From: Neodothiora populina
Lineage: Eukaryota
DNA length: 64,000 nt
Direction: 5' to 3'
Assembly (NCBI RefSeq): GCF_041146345.1
Contig: NW_027191414.1
Location: forward strand, 1,054,001-1,118,000
This document shows positions 1-14,552 of the stretch, in pieces (positions within the stretch are counted from its first letter, which is position 1; each line of letters starts with the position of its first letter). The translations under genes were made by a program, and so were the position numbers. The notes beneath the pieces were generated by a model. That model ran no database searches, was not told the origin of the DNA, and worked only from the letters and a program-made list of their open reading frames with translations.

Positions 1-772
1 CGATATGGGAAAATCATTGTTTATGATGATTGCCTCCGTGATACAGCCATAATATCGCTGCAGTACGGCACTTTGTCGAGGTACAGTACATTAAGGTAAG
101 TATGGTAGTATGCCTTACGTAGCCGCAGTGAAGATAGAGTACGTACAACAGTACTGTAGAGTGACTCTTATTACGAAGCAATAATAGCCGCGTACTTCTT
201 AATATTGGTAGTAAAGACAAGACTCGGATGTTGAATGATGTTGAGGAACCGAAGATCTTGTGTGCAAGTAGGTACTGTTGCAAGGTACCGTGATTATTGC
301 ACAAAGAAGTAAGGTACCTACCTGGCAAAGACAAAGACAGCTGAATTGTTTACCTACATGTAGAAAAGTCAAGATAGATGGTATGCGAACCAATTGTCGC
401 CTCATCTTGTTCCATGATCATTGCAACGGTTGATGCTGCCCGAAGCAAGAAACGTCGACGTAAGTCCATGGTACCATACTGTAACGTACCTCTACCTAGG
501 TTCCGCACTCCCTATTGCGAGAACGATGGATGATGTGATGTGCACTGTGATGGGTGATGCTTGGTAATAACAAGGGAGATGCAGGACAAGGGTCCTCGTT
601 CCAATTCCGGCATGACGCTAGTCGATTGTCCGGTGGAGCAGGACCAGCAGAGTGCGTGAGTGCACAGCTGGCTTCCCTTATTTGGGCGTGGGGCCAAGCG
701 GGAGAAAAGATGAATTGACGTCATGCCGCTCCCGTGATGGGTGACGCACGAGTACTTGGTAGAGAGGAAAGT

Positions 773-800
773 GGCAGGCAGGCAGGCAGGCAGGCAGGCA
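773..800. repeat. (GGCA)7 microsatellite
   Basis: Directly visible. Confidence 0.9.
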
Positions 801-1633
801 GCGTGCCAGAAAGCAGAAGCAGGGACCAAAAGTCAACTAATTAAGTCAAAGACAGACGGATTCGAAGGTCTGGAACTCCCGAAGGTCCCACAAACCGTCT
901 CTACGCCTGCGCCGCCCCGTCGTCTCTACTCTCAGACGCATCCACTTTGTACCTTACCTTATCTTGCTACAGTACACTGCTTTCTCTTCTTGATCATCGT
1001 CTCGTCATCATCATTTGCTGCGCTGCGCATCTGTGTTGCTCACCATAATCGAATCTCCAATCATTAATCATTTTCCTGGGCCGGCTCCGAGACCAGGACC
1101 AGGGAGCGATACCGACCACCTTTTTTTCCGCACTTCGCAGAACCCCATCATCCACCACGCGTGACACACAGACTCCCTCACTTGCGGTACCTGCCTTTGC
1201 TCTACTCTACTTCACTTTACTTCACTCTACTTTTGGAGGAGAAGCCAGTGCAGTGGCAGCCAGATCCGCCGTCCGTGCCACATATACAATTGCAAAACTC
1301 AACACCCATTATTATCTGTACACCTCATTCAATTGCAACATGGCCTTCCTTCCCGTTACGGTCGACAGTCGCATGTCGTGTTAATTGCACATTGCATAAG
1401 CATACCATACAGTAATTGCAGCATAGCAACATAGCCCGGTAGCCTGACCTGCCATAAGATAGTCTCGCCTGCACGCCACCATCTTTCGTCATTCGCCTTT
1501 TCTACTTGCCTACCAGGCAAGCAAGCGATCGCTACAACAGTTGGGACGACGCTGGACTAAAGAATATATATACGTATTCTACTACCACTACTACTACTAC
1601 TACTTGATATCTCGCCTCTCACGTGTGCCACGC

Positions 1634-4328
1634 ATGCCTGGAATGAGTGCTGCCACAACCTCGTCGAGGTATCCACAGACACCGGCGCCGAGAACGTCGA
1701 GCACACCCACAGGCCGACCGCCAACGAGTTCGTCTGCACAAAACATGCCGCCTCTGCTACATTCACCGCTACCGACTGCGGGCGCTCGCACGCCTAGTCC
1801 CAACTACTTTGCATTCACCTCGATGGACGAATCATTCGACTCGGACACGAATAGTGGTCAACACAGGAGGAAGAACTGGAGCCCGCCGTCATCGACTGTG
1901 CGCTCCACCGCTGCATATTCGCCCACCGTTGTCCCTGTTGACCAGAACCCCGACTTTGACGCCTTTAGGAGACAGTCGGAAGGAAAGGTCTTCAACCTGG
2001 GCAATCTACATACCTTTAACCAACCCTCACCGAGGCCGGACTGCCAGAAACGCACACAGAGTCACCAGTCAACCATCAGCGATCCCTTCTTTAAGTTTGT
2101 CTCCGAGCCTAAGCAGATGGCACCGCCGCTTGCCAAGTCCACATCGAATAATAGCCTGGATCCGGAAGCCGCCTGGACAGGCAGATCTCCCAAGCGCCAT
2201 CTGTCCAACGACTCGACCAATTACCCTGATGCTATCCGTCGCATCACTCCTCCCGCGCCGCCGCCATTCGATTCGCTAGTTGCCGGTGTGGAACGCGGCA
2301 TGCCTCGTCTGTCAATGCCACCCGAACTCAAGCTGCCTCCGCTCGGCGGCCGCACAAAGGCTCGATCCGAGACCGTCCCCGTCTCTACCGCTGCCGACGA
2401 CCAGGCTTCCTCGTTGGTCACTCCTCAACACGTCATCAACCTCATGGAGTCGGCGCCGGAAGAGATCCTCATATTAGACCTACGAGTCTCCACCCAATAC
2501 GCGCGCTCGAAGATCACCGGCGCTCTGAATCTGTGCATACCTACCACTCTGCTGAAAAGACCATCCTTCAATGTGCAAAAGCTCGCAGAGACCTTCCGAG
2601 ACGGTTCCGCCGAACGCGCCAAGTTTGAGAATTGGCAGAGCACAAAATACCTTATCGTCTACGATGCTAGCTCCGCCCAAGTCAAGGATGCCCTGACCTG
2701 TATGAACACGCTCAAAAAGTTCCGCAGCGAGGCATACAACGGCAGCTTATATGCTGTCAAGGGCGGTTTTGCCGAATTTTCATCCAAATTTCCCAAATAT
2801 GTCGAAAGCCCTCGATCAGAACTGGCGGGTGCTCCGCAACGACTCGACTTGGACGGCCCAGAGGTTGCCCCTGTCGTCGGTGGCTGCCCCATGCCTGCAA
2901 CCAAGAATGCCGCAAATCCCTTTTTCGGAAACATCAGGCAAAATATGGATCTCATCGGTGGCGTTGGTCAGATGCCCATAAAACGTCCTGCTCAAATGTC
3001 CCGCGCCTCCGAGAGCCGCATCCCGTCCTGGCTACGAGAGGCGTCGAACGAAAGTGACAAGGGCGCTCGCGTGTCGGAGAAGTTCCTCCACATTGAGCAG
3101 CGGGAGCAGAGGCGTATGCAAGATGCCTTATCTGGACAAGTCTCGTATGGGGAACCCACAAACGATGACGCCGACAAGGTAAAGATTGCAGGAATAGAAA
3201 AGGGCACGAAAAACAGATACAACAACATCTGGCCCTATGAACACACCAGAGTCAAGCTGCAGGACGTTCCCGATCATGCATGCGACTATGTAAACGCGAG
3301 TCACGTCACGTCATCTCGATCCCACAAGAAATACATTGCCACTCAGGGACCCATACCTGCCACTTTCACCGTAAGTTTTGCTTTGACTGGCAGTGTGAGC
3401 GGATCGCTAACTTTGTGCGACACAGGATTTCTGGAATGTTGTCTGGCAGCAGGATGTGCGTGTGATTGTGATGCTCACTGCCGAGAAGGAAGGCGGTCAA
3501 GTCAAGGCACACAATTACTGGAGTGACAAGCAATACGGACCGATGCGCTTAGAGTTCCTCTCTGAGAAGCGCGCCTCGTTAGACCCAAATAAGATTAAGA
3601 AGCATCGCCAGCGACCGTCATTGAACGGCCGAATGTCTACAGACGGTCCTCTGGCTCGCATCGATACGGCAACGACCACCAACACTGCGGATCCAGACCA
3701 GCCTTTTGTCATCGTCCGCAGGCTAGCTCTTTCTCACGAAGATTACCCCTTCGAACGCATGCGTGAGATCACTCAGCTACAGTACTCGAGTTGGCCAGAT
3801 TTTGGCGCCCCGGCACATCCGTCGCATCTCTTGGGTCTCGTCGAGCAGTGCGATGCTGTCGTGCGTAAGAGCACATCAAAGGGTCACGCCGACCCAGATC
3901 CACCCAAGTCGCGGCCCATCCTCGTACATTGTAGCGCCGGCTGCGGTCGAACAGGAACTTTCTGTACCGTCGACACGGTCATCGACATGGTCAAGCGACA
4001 GCGAATGGCACGACGCAACGCGGCCAGCAACGGCGTAGAAGACCCAATGGAAATAGATCGAAGCAGCACCACCGCCTCGAGAGGTTCCCAAAGGGACCAG
4101 AATTCATTCTTCGGTTCTCACAAAGCATCAGCGCCACCAGCCGCCGCAAACGACGATGATGGCATCGAACAAGGTAGCTGGCTCACGAGGGACAACCAAG
4201 ACCTCATCGAGAAGACGGTCGAGGACTTTAGACTCCAACGTTTGAGTATGGTGCAGAGTTTACGGCAGTTCGTGCTGTGTTACGAGAGCGTCATGGAATG
4301 GATTGTCGAGCACGACGAATCAGAGTAA
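1634..4328 (+). CDS. Protein tyrosine phosphatase with rhodanese (Cdc25-like) domain, Ptp2/Ptp3/Pyp1-type; exons 1634-3370, 3426-4328
   Basis: Rhodanese-like segment (ILILDLRV..YARSKITGALNLCIPTTLL), KNRYNNIWPY, YIATQGP, WPD loop and catalytic HCSAGCGRTG. Intron GTAAGT..GCTAAC..CACAG (3371-3425) joins ..ATFT to DFWNVVWQQ. Confidence 0.93.
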
Positions 4329-5536
4329 ACTTTCTTCTTTCTCTTGGATTTACATCCTATAAATCCCCCTTTTTGGTAGAGACGGAGGGGAGGGAGGGAG
4401 GGAGAGATGAACAAGGAACCACAAGGTTTTATTCTGGATTAAAATTCTATACACCCCTTTTCTTGGTATTGACGGGGAGAGAGAGAGAGAGAGAGATAGG
4501 TGAGGAAGAAGAGGGGACTTATCATATTCGGAGAGAATTGAGAAAGACGGATTATCTTCATTAAAGAGGTGTGAATCACACACCAGTTTCTATTGATTGA
4601 TCCGGAGGCCTTTCTGTCTTGTGATTTTTTCCTCCTGTCCGTTTCGTGTCTACCATCCGCTGTACAGAGACCCAGTCTTGTACGACGAGAAGTAGAAGTA
4701 GACAAGAAGAGAAAGAAGAGAACGTACTATGATCCGACTCGGCCCCTCTTCCTGGATCTTGTCCGTTTGTCCCGCCTGCCATTCAGCTATATTCCGCGTC
4801 CGCCATCTCCCCTTACCCCTGTTCTTGTAGCAAGGCTTTCCCTCGAAGATGATGTCTGCAATGATGTTCACAGAGACCATCCAAGTCGCCGATGTGGCTC
4901 GGCGGTGTCAACAACCCAGTATACCTGTGTTGATAGTGCTGGCAGTCCTCTGTGCTGGATTGCGGTACCGTCATTAGATCTATAGTAGACAAAATGGGTG
5001 GTGTTGAAGGATGGGTGTGTTGCTATATGTGCTGATTGGTCTTGTGTGTACCTATGTATGTATGTATGTATGTCTAGCTACCTATATATCTGAGGTGCGT
5101 TATCCGTATGTCCTCTGTATGTTCAGTGGTTGAGCGAGAGGAGGGTGACCCTGTCCTTCATCGTCTTGATATCAGGAAAGGAAATTCGGGGCACCGATTC
5201 GGAGACGGGGGCTCGTCTGGACTACGGCACGTATAGTGAACTTGGTTCTAGAGACGCAGAATCGCAGTGCGAACAAGGGACATGGTAGCACACGTACTGC
5301 CATTGGTGTCTCTCACAAGGTGGATGATTATCTAGATTTCTCTTTCTTGGGTCTCACATAAATCGCTAATTGATGAAAAAGAATGACAAAGCAGAGCACG
5401 AGAGAGATAAGAGATAGAAAAGAGACACTGCTCGCTATTCGTTCGCTCAAGATCAAAAAATACATGTTGGAAGAGAAAAATGCAATCCCCCTCTTCAGTA
5501 TACAAGTTGCCCATTCTTCTCGTCAGCCATCAGCCG

Positions 5537-6392
5537 TCAGCCTCCAAGGAAATGATTCATATGGCCCGGCACTCGGTTCCTGCACTTCTCGCAATCGTCG
5601 CGATAGCCCATGATGAGCTTCTTGGACGGTTCGCGAGGCGAAGTGAAGGCGCCGCTTCTCTGTCTCTGTTTCCGCACCGTCATTGCCTCTGCAGACGGGG
5701 TGGGGGTCGCCGGCGGCGCCACGAGGGGCGGTAGTTCCATGTCCATGTCCACGTCCGTGACGGTGAGTAATGATAATTGACTCCCTGCGATGGCGGTGGG
5801 AGTGCGTGGCTCGTCCTCACTTATCGGGGACGGCAGCCTTTCCACGTTATGGGTTAGGCGACTACTTGATGCCACGGCGGCGGCTTGTGCTAGACCGCCA
5901 CCCCCCGGCTGCACACGGAGAGGATTATGGATGATCGGAGTGGGCACTCGCGTGCCGTGGCCGTCGAGACTCATTCTAGGATTCCTCAATGGATTTGATT
6001 GCAGAACCCATGATGACGGAGGTTGTTCAGGAGATTGCGAGAATGCCATGCGGAAGTCCGAGCCGGTGTCCATGTCCATTTCGGTATCTGTATCTGAGGA
6101 GCTGGCATCCGAAATGACGGAGCTGATCGAGTTGTCCTCGCCACTGGATGGCATGTCAAATGTCTCTGCAGATGGTTCATTATGTGATGTTAGGGTTGCC
6201 GAGGTAGTGGTTGTGGTAGAGTTGCCTTGCTCATGTCCAGCAGAGCGGGCTTTCTTTTGAGTTCATCAGAAATCATGCTAGATGTAGACAGCAGCACACT
6301 GCGGCGAAAAAGAGACCCACCTTTCCAGGAAACCACGAATCTACATCCTCGACGGGATCACGAGTCCGTTTCCGGTTCATCGAGGCAAACAT
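5537..6392 (-). CDS. Conserved fungal hypothetical protein, low complexity, C-terminal GYRDDCEKCRNRVPGHMNH motif; exons 6392-6321, 6253-5537
   Basis: 205-aa ORF extends upstream in frame through a GTGGGT..AAG intron (6320-6254) to MFASMNRKRTRD..FPGK. Start could be 6380. Confidence 0.75.
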
Positions 6393-7086
6393 TTCCGAGC
6401 AGTAAGACAGAATGAAGAGGCGGGGTTGATTATTGCACACCGTAACACAGCGGGATGGCAAAAGACGGAATCAGTATAGTCAAGCGTCTGAATGATGCAT
6501 GCAAGGAACGACACGGCATAAGTGCAATCCAAAAACACACTCAGACATGATCCTGCATGCACCGAGAGGCCATCTCACTGAATTGAAGATGAAACCACAA
6601 GTACCTTGGCCAGAAGAGGTCATGACATACACAGAGTGCTCATGCGCTGTGTGGGAGGGCCTGATAAGATAAGACAAAAAGACCCTGATGTGACTCTGTA
6701 TTTGTCTAGCTCAGTTTCAGCTGCGGAAGCCGTGTGGCCTCGAGGGCCAGTCCGTCTTGTGCCGTCTTGACGCTTATCCCTCTGTTCAAGGTACCTTTGT
6801 AACTTGCCTTACTTACTACTGTACAAAGTACTGTATCTACTGTATCTGACCTCGAGGCGGCCAGTGATAGGCTCGTACTTGGATCTTCGACGATAATAGG
6901 GCTGAACACCGCAGCTCTCAGCATCGTCTTTCCACTGAGTCCGCAAAGGTCTCGACCCCCGGTATTCGTCCAAGTCTTGGCTTCGGACCGATGCAGCGCA
7001 TCTCAATGCGGTATGGTTGCCTTTTCTAGCACTGTTGTGGCATAATTCTTTCAAAGAAAAGACGGACGGCAGGGCGTGACGAAGTT

Positions 7087-7093
7087 TGAGTCA
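7087..7093. promoter_or_regulatory. Gcn4/CpcA (cross-pathway control) site TGAGTCA upstream of DAHP synthase
   Basis: Perfect TGA(C/G)TCA about 250 bp before the ATG of an amino-acid biosynthetic gene. Further TGACTC cores at 6691 and in intron 1 (7406). Confidence 0.55.
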
Positions 7094-7337
7094 AACAAAA
7101 AGGTGATATCCGGCGGGTCCATTGAACGTCCTGGGAAAGTAAAGTCTGCCCCTCACAAATGAATTCAATATCTCTCTAATTTCCATTGTGTTGCGCATTG
7201 AGGCATTTGATATTGACCTTCTGCCCTTTTTCTCATCCAATCTTCTTGTCTCTCAATCGCAATTGATCTTTGTGTCTGATTTCTTCTACTCTCACCCTGC
7301 CTTCCGTCCTTACAAATAAGATCATAAGTTCGTCACC

Positions 7338-8514
<1,177 letters not shown>

Positions 8515-8917
8515 AAAAAAGTTATATTGTGCAATTGTTTTCTCCATATACAAGGAAGAGAAGGGGATTTCTTCACTCTCAAAAGCGTTTCTTCCGCCCT
8601 TGATATACCTCTTCAGCGTCATTCCGGGTATTTCACTTTCGCCTTTCATCTGTGACGCCAAAAAGACTAATTTTCCATCCATCCATTTCCCCGTGACCCA
8701 TAACTCGTGTCTTTTTCAATTTCTTGTTCGTGTGGCCGCTTGTCCGATCATTCGTGACTTGTTATGTCGTCGTCGCTTTGATCCGGCTCTTTGGGTCATG
8801 CTCCGCGTCCAAGAGTCCGTCGATCGAGCCATACGAAGCAGCAATTTGCCAGTTCTTGTTGGGTAGCATCGATCCGCGCAGCGCGGCATGGTATCGGTGG
8901 TATGCAGGACATCGACC

Positions 8918-9541
8918 TCATACAGGCAGATCTCTGTTCCTGTTGCCTTCTCCCGCCTTCTCCCCTGCCCTCTGCAGGCCCTTTGCGAGGTAAGGTCCGA
9001 CAACAGGGATGTTGTACGCAAAGCCCGCTATCGTCTTGAAAAACTCCCCGAAGAGTACGAAGATACCGTATATCTCGACCACGAAGCCGAGCAGCGGCCA
9101 GCGCATCAGGATGAGGATGATGCCTGCGACGAAGGCGGCGGTGCCTTGCCATTTCTGGCGGCGCGCGAAGAAGAGGAAGGTTCGTTGGGGACCGAGGAGC
9201 AGAGTTATGCCCAGGAGAAAAAGAATGTTGCCCATCGCCAACCTATTTAGCCGAGCGTGGTCAGTTGCTGCGAACAGGCATGTAACTTGTGCCAGTGGAG
9301 AGTTTGTGGTGCTTACATTGCTCTATCAAAGAACAGAATGACGCCTCCTATAAGGAAGAAGCCTCCTGCGTCTAGTCAGAGTGACGCTCTGTATGCCATT
9401 TCTCGTCCTTATCGCCATCTTACCTACCACCCGAGCAGAAGGCTACGCCAATCTCTAAGACAGATATCAGTATTCTATCTTGGCAATATATTTCGACTGC
9501 AGCAACCTACTTTGCATGTCTGTAAGCCACATGGTAGGCAT
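8918..9541 (-). CDS. GOT1: Got1 family Golgi vesicle transport membrane protein, 4 exons
   Basis: Spliced product MPTMWLTDMQKIGVAFCSGGGFFLIGGVILFFDRAMLAMGNILFLLGITLLLGPQRTFLFFAR..; three short GT-AG introns. Confidence 0.9.
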
Positions 9542-9838
9542 CTTGGCGGTCTGGTAACAAAAAGAATCGCTAGAGTAACAGCAGGGCAATCGAACAAGAA
9601 AACAAGTGGTAAACTCTCCTCATTGACAAAAGTACAAAGACAAGGGAGTCGAATGTGTTTATGTTTTGTCTAAAGCCAGCCCGCTCTACCATCTTCGAGG
9701 GTCTAACAAGGGGTTGATCTTCCGGAGTTTATCCGTTGGTGGTTCTCTACAAAAAAGTATTACTCGTGTAAAGAATCAATGCCATGTCTGAAATGGTAAC
9801 ATCCCAATAGTGAGGGTATAGCAGATCGCATATGTATC

Positions 9839-11801
9839 ATGGGCATACCTCATCTAGCCCATCACTTGCAGCCGCATGGGACCAAGGTCTTGCTACCTCG
9901 CGCGACCAAGCCGCCTGAGCAGCAAACCTCTGTAATCATTGATGGTCCAAGTCTAGCATATCATTGCTATCACTTCTGTTTGGCAAAACACTCCAATGCG
10001 CACAATTCGTACGAGGCTCTGCCCTCTTATAAAGAACTCGGAGAAGCCGCTGTCTCGTGGCTGGACCAGATCGAACAGTTTGGACTAAAAGTGTATGTTT
10101 GTCATTCCTCTGTGTGTTCATAGTCATCGTGTGAAGTAAGCCACGTTCAACCATGTAAGTAGCTGATTTCCTATTGTGCAATTTCTTAGTGAACAGGTTT
10201 TCTTCGACGGGCTCTTGCCTGCTTCCAAAAATCCCGTCAGACTCTCGCGATTACAGAACTATGCCAATCAGTTGGTGACATTTCGTGCGTCTAACAAGGA
10301 GGATCTCCCTGCGCGGGTGAAATCTACTCGGCCGTCGAAACATGATCTTCTGAGCACTGCGACCGTGTCTGCGCGTCTCAAGGCTTTGCCAGCGGTGCCT
10401 TTCCTCGTCCCTGCTGTGATGGAAGCCATAGCGTCGAGTCACTTCAAAGACGTCACACGCACCATCCCAGGCGAAGCAGATGCGTATTGCGCCGAGGCAG
10501 CTCGAGAGTCCGGCGGCATCATCTTCACAAGCGATTCCGATCTTCTCGTCCATGATCTCGGTCAAGATGGAAAAGTGATACTGTTCCGTGACGTTGAGAT
10601 CATACATCTGCCGAGCAAAGGGCCATGTCTCAAGGCTCAGCAATACCAACCATCAGTGATCGCACAGGCATTCGACCTGCCGAACCTGGTGGCAATGGCC
10701 TTCTTCATGTCCGAAGGGCACTGTAGCCTGCGCGAGGCCATTAAATCCGCCAAAGAAAAGAATCCCGTCTCGGCTGAGTTCACGGAGTTCAAAGAACAGT
10801 ACGCCTCGCTGCCAGTGCTGTCTACGCTAGCCGCAGAGTACCTCACGCGCTCGGACAGAGAGGCGTTCCGTCTACTATCACAACTAGACCCCAGAGTGTC
10901 GGAGCTGATGCACCAGATCTCTATGAAAGACGAGTCTTCATCACCACCTCAACCCAAATCTCTAAACATGTACCTCCCCTTCCTCCTCGACGACCCAACG
11001 CGCACATCCGCCTGGCGAGCAGGCGCAGAGATCCGAATAGCAGCCTACTCCCTGCTCCGGCTCTTAGACGTCAACATCTCGTCTATAAACGAGTACGAGC
11101 GCAAAGGGACACGCATCTCCGATACCGTCGCCACGCTGCTGCTTCCAAACGAGCTGTCCACGGCTATGCAAACCCACATCACAAACGCCCTACAACCACA
11201 ATCTTCTGCAGCGCTCATTACACCAAAATCATGGCGCGCGCTATCAGCGAAAGTAATCTGCTCATCCAACGTCTCCAACGGCAAGCCTCCTCCTTCACTC
11301 ACGGACCTGACGCGCCTGATCCTCGGCGACGGGAATACGACTGAGGAAACCCCTCTCACCTGGTCGTATATCCACGCTTCCGCACAGCTAGATGCCGTGC
11401 TCTATTCGTTCCGTATGTTCCTGCAGATCGCACGGCTTGTCGTTGCGTTTGTGAAGGATGAGACGATGAAGAGCGATGCCGTGCGTGCAGAGTCGACACC
11501 CTCGTCTTCGTCGTTTCGTATGCAAGATCTAGAGTCCGCAATCGAGCTGCTGAGCAGTCTGCCCAGACTGGCGGAGTTGGCTTCTGACGACAACGACGTC
11601 GCTGTCCAGGATACGCGAGAGGTCAGAGACTCGGCTGCTCAGATGTTACGATCTCTGGGCGTGCATGAGGAAAACTACGGCGACGAGGGCGATGGCCGAG
11701 GCGGCAAGAAGAAAAAGAAGAGGAAGAAAAAGGCCGAGCATGTACCTGCGACTTCGCCGCCTGCTTGGAGACGGAATAATATGTTTGGGTCTTTGGAGTG
11801 A
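9839..11801 (+). CDS. Asteroid-like XPG/PIN-domain nuclease family protein; exons 9839-10092, 10190-11801
   Basis: MGIPHL start, IIDGPSLAYH, VFFDG, PGEADAYCA, TSDSDLL acidic PIN motifs, basic C-terminal NLS. Intron GTATGT..TTAG 10093-10189. Confidence 0.85.
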
Positions 11802-11960
11802 GGATGGGTGTCGACAGTAGTGCACAAAAAGGAGAGAGGAGCGGTAGATGGAACGAGACATAACATAAAGGACCGTGGTCACGTGCATGACAATCTGTCT
11901 TCTAGATCAACCCTAACATAAAGCGACAAAACAAAGGACTTTTCGGTCAAGACACATCAT

Positions 11961-13219
11961 CTAGAGCTCAACGGGGTAGTCGAGCGTCTCGATCTTCTCC
12001 GGGAACTTGAGACCACCCTGCTTGCGCACCTCGTCCATCGTCTCCATGATGACGATGCTCTCGTCCAAGGACTCGTACTTGCCCTCCTTCCTGCCCTCCT
12101 TGAGAGCAAAGGCGCACTCGTCCGCCTCCCAGAACATGCCCTGTCCCTCGCCCTCACCGTGTCTCTCATCAGCGAATCCGTTGTAGAAACCCGAGCCCTT
12201 GCCGGGTCCTGGCTGCTCCCATGCTTTTTCCTCAACAGTGCCGTCGTGCAGGACGAGCTTGGTCTTTGTGGGTCTGAAGGCAGGGTGGAAGACTTGGATC
12301 TCGCCCTTGTCGCCCTGCACTCTGATGGATGGGCCAGCGGTGCCCTTGCCGTCGGGGTCGGCGGAGATGCGCATGGCTGTGGTGGCGATGGCGTGCATGT
12401 TTCCGCCCTTTTCTTGCGAACGAGGGAAGTCGAGGATCATGGATGTCATCTCGTCGGCTCCGGTTCCGGTATAGGTCTTGAGGGCCGAGTGAACAATGGG
12501 CGCTTTCCTCTCGCTCTCGGGCTGCGTGGTGTAGAGCGTCTGGAAGCACCACGTGAGGGCGTAGATACCCAGGTCAAGCAGTGCGCCACCGGCGAGATCG
12601 AGGTTCACCATGCGGTGCTTGTCGTCGAACGTCACCTGGGGCACAATGGGTACGGAGAGGTCTGCGAAAGTGCGGCGCACGGTTCCGATCTTGCCCGAGG
12701 TGATGATGTCGCGCACGTAGATGGAGATGGGGAAGTAGCGAGTCCACACTGCCTCCATGAGGAAGAGGTTCTTCTCCCTCGCCTTCTTTGTGAGAGCCTT
12801 GAGCTGGGCGGCATTGGTTGTGAAGGCCTTCTCGCAGATGACGTTCTTGCCTGCCTCGAGACACAGCATCACGTTCTGGTAGTGGTGCGAGTGAGGGGTT
12901 GCGACGTAGATGATGTCGATGTTCTTGTCCTCGACCAGCTCCTTGTAGGATCCATATGCCTTTGCTGAGGACGACGCCCCTACCGTCTTGAGGAAAGAGG
13001 TGGCACGGTCGGCGCTGCTCGAACTCGCAGCGGCGACAATCTCATGCTGAATGTCCTTGACACCGCGTGTTTCGGGGTCGACAGTCAAGTCTCTTGCGAA
13101 GGTCTAGATGATTGTTTTGTCAGTACCCTTCCCAGTTTCGGGGGGACTTTTGTGTGTAAACAAACCTCCGCAATGGCTCCTGTTGCAAGGATGCCCCACT
13201 TGACAGTAAACTTGGACAT
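11961..13219 (-). CDS. Gfo/Idh/MocA oxidoreductase, dimeric dihydrodiol dehydrogenase / NADP D-xylose dehydrogenase-like; exons 13219-13166, 13103-11961
   Basis: KWGILATGAIA Rossmann start, YVATPHSHH, CEKAFT, FLMEAVWTRYFP, GGALLDLGIY. Confidence 0.9.
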
Positions 13220-13381
13220 TGTTTCGAAAAGTGTATGTTGATGTTGTGAGAAGTATGGTATGTGGACGCAGGGGTGTGTATGAGATAAAAGAGCAGATAG
13301 AAGAAGTTACAATTAAAACACCACTTTTCATATAGTGGAACTGCTCTTGGTTATATATATCTACCACACGGGACGATCGAG

Positions 13382-13436
13382 TCTGCTGTACCTTCCCTTG
13401 TTCTGCTGTACCTTCCCTTACTCTGCTGTACCTTCC
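13382..13436. repeat. 20-bp tandem repeat, about 3 copies (TCTGCTGTACCTTCCCTTnn)
   Basis: Directly visible upstream of a TATATATA at about 13352 in the dehydrogenase promoter. Confidence 0.9.
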
Positions 13437-14552
13437 TTCTATTTTGGCTAATAGTGGAGGTGACGTTATCGCGATGAAACCGTGTGGCAGCACTTGCCCC
13501 TCCATCCCCGGGCCCGGCCTATCAGTGGCCCGTGACCCCGGCGGTCTGCCGTTCAGGTCATCCCTCCGCTAACAAGTGGGATGTGTTTGTGTGCTTCAAA
13601 CATATTAGAACCTACGTGAATGCCAGCCTGATCTTGCTAGAATCATCGATCCTGCGTCAAATCCCAGGATGGATATCATACCCCGACTTCTCGAGGGAGT
13701 GGTTGGAGGTGATCGCTTGTGCTGCTGTCTTCATACAGTAACTAGGTCTAGTAGTCGGTGTTTCCACCTTTCTGCGTGCCGAAAGTGGGGGCCAGTGAAC
13801 ATGACACAGAACGAACGGTAGTTCGAATCGACATAAAAGCAGCAACAAGTCCCCAAGGTCATCCATTTCATCCGGTGGAGTGACAACCTCTGATATCGAG
13901 AGTCGCAACACTCAATATACTCGCACATGTCTGTTACCGCGTCAGACACGGCAGAGACCAAACCTGTCAAGTGACTTCCAAGTTTCTTTGTCTCTTAATA
14001 ATCCCTCTTGTTCACACAGCTCAATGCCGAGGCGTGTTTTTCTCCACATTTCTTGTCCTGCATGGGTGCCGTGATCCGCGCAGCATCGGCGCTCTGACAC
14101 AACCATACAATTTGTCTTGCCCAAGTCTTGGAAAGTTCAGAAGGCTATCAGTATCAGTGATCATAATAAGGTAATCAATGGCCGGTCAGCCTGCAAATCC
14201 CCAGCCAAGTCCTCCTTTATCGGTTGCAGTTTGTTATCGGCCATAAGTCAGATCCAGCCTTTACCAACATTGCCAAGTACCAAGTGAGATATGCGAACCA
14301 TGTGAAAAAGTAACCGACACTCCGCCTCCTTCCCCAACTTCCTCCACACAGAAGTCAGATCTCGCCACTCTTCGCGCCGTCATACACTGACATGTACATA
14401 TATTCGTGCTTGTTCATCATGTATGCTTAGGCCTGTGCTTCACCCGTTCGTTTCCAGCATCCAGGTCTTGAGCAAGGTTGCACCTGCGATTACTCCAGAT
14501 CATCAACGTCCACCACCCTCATCATCCGGGCAGCAGCGAAGTTGGCCATATA

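Noticed and set aside
10093..10189. Extra GTAAG donors inside the asteroid-like intron suggesting a nested intron
   Set aside because: The remaining segment has an in-frame stop and no workable second intron; a single intron restores the frame.
11908..11917. CAACCCTAAC, like a telomerase RNA template (also CTAACCTTAA near 21700)
   Set aside because: The first lies in a 159-bp gap between convergent genes, the second is mismatched, and no other telomerase RNA features are visible.
13382..13436. Direct repeats as a CRISPR-like array
   Set aside because: Contiguous minisatellite with no spacers, in a eukaryotic genome.
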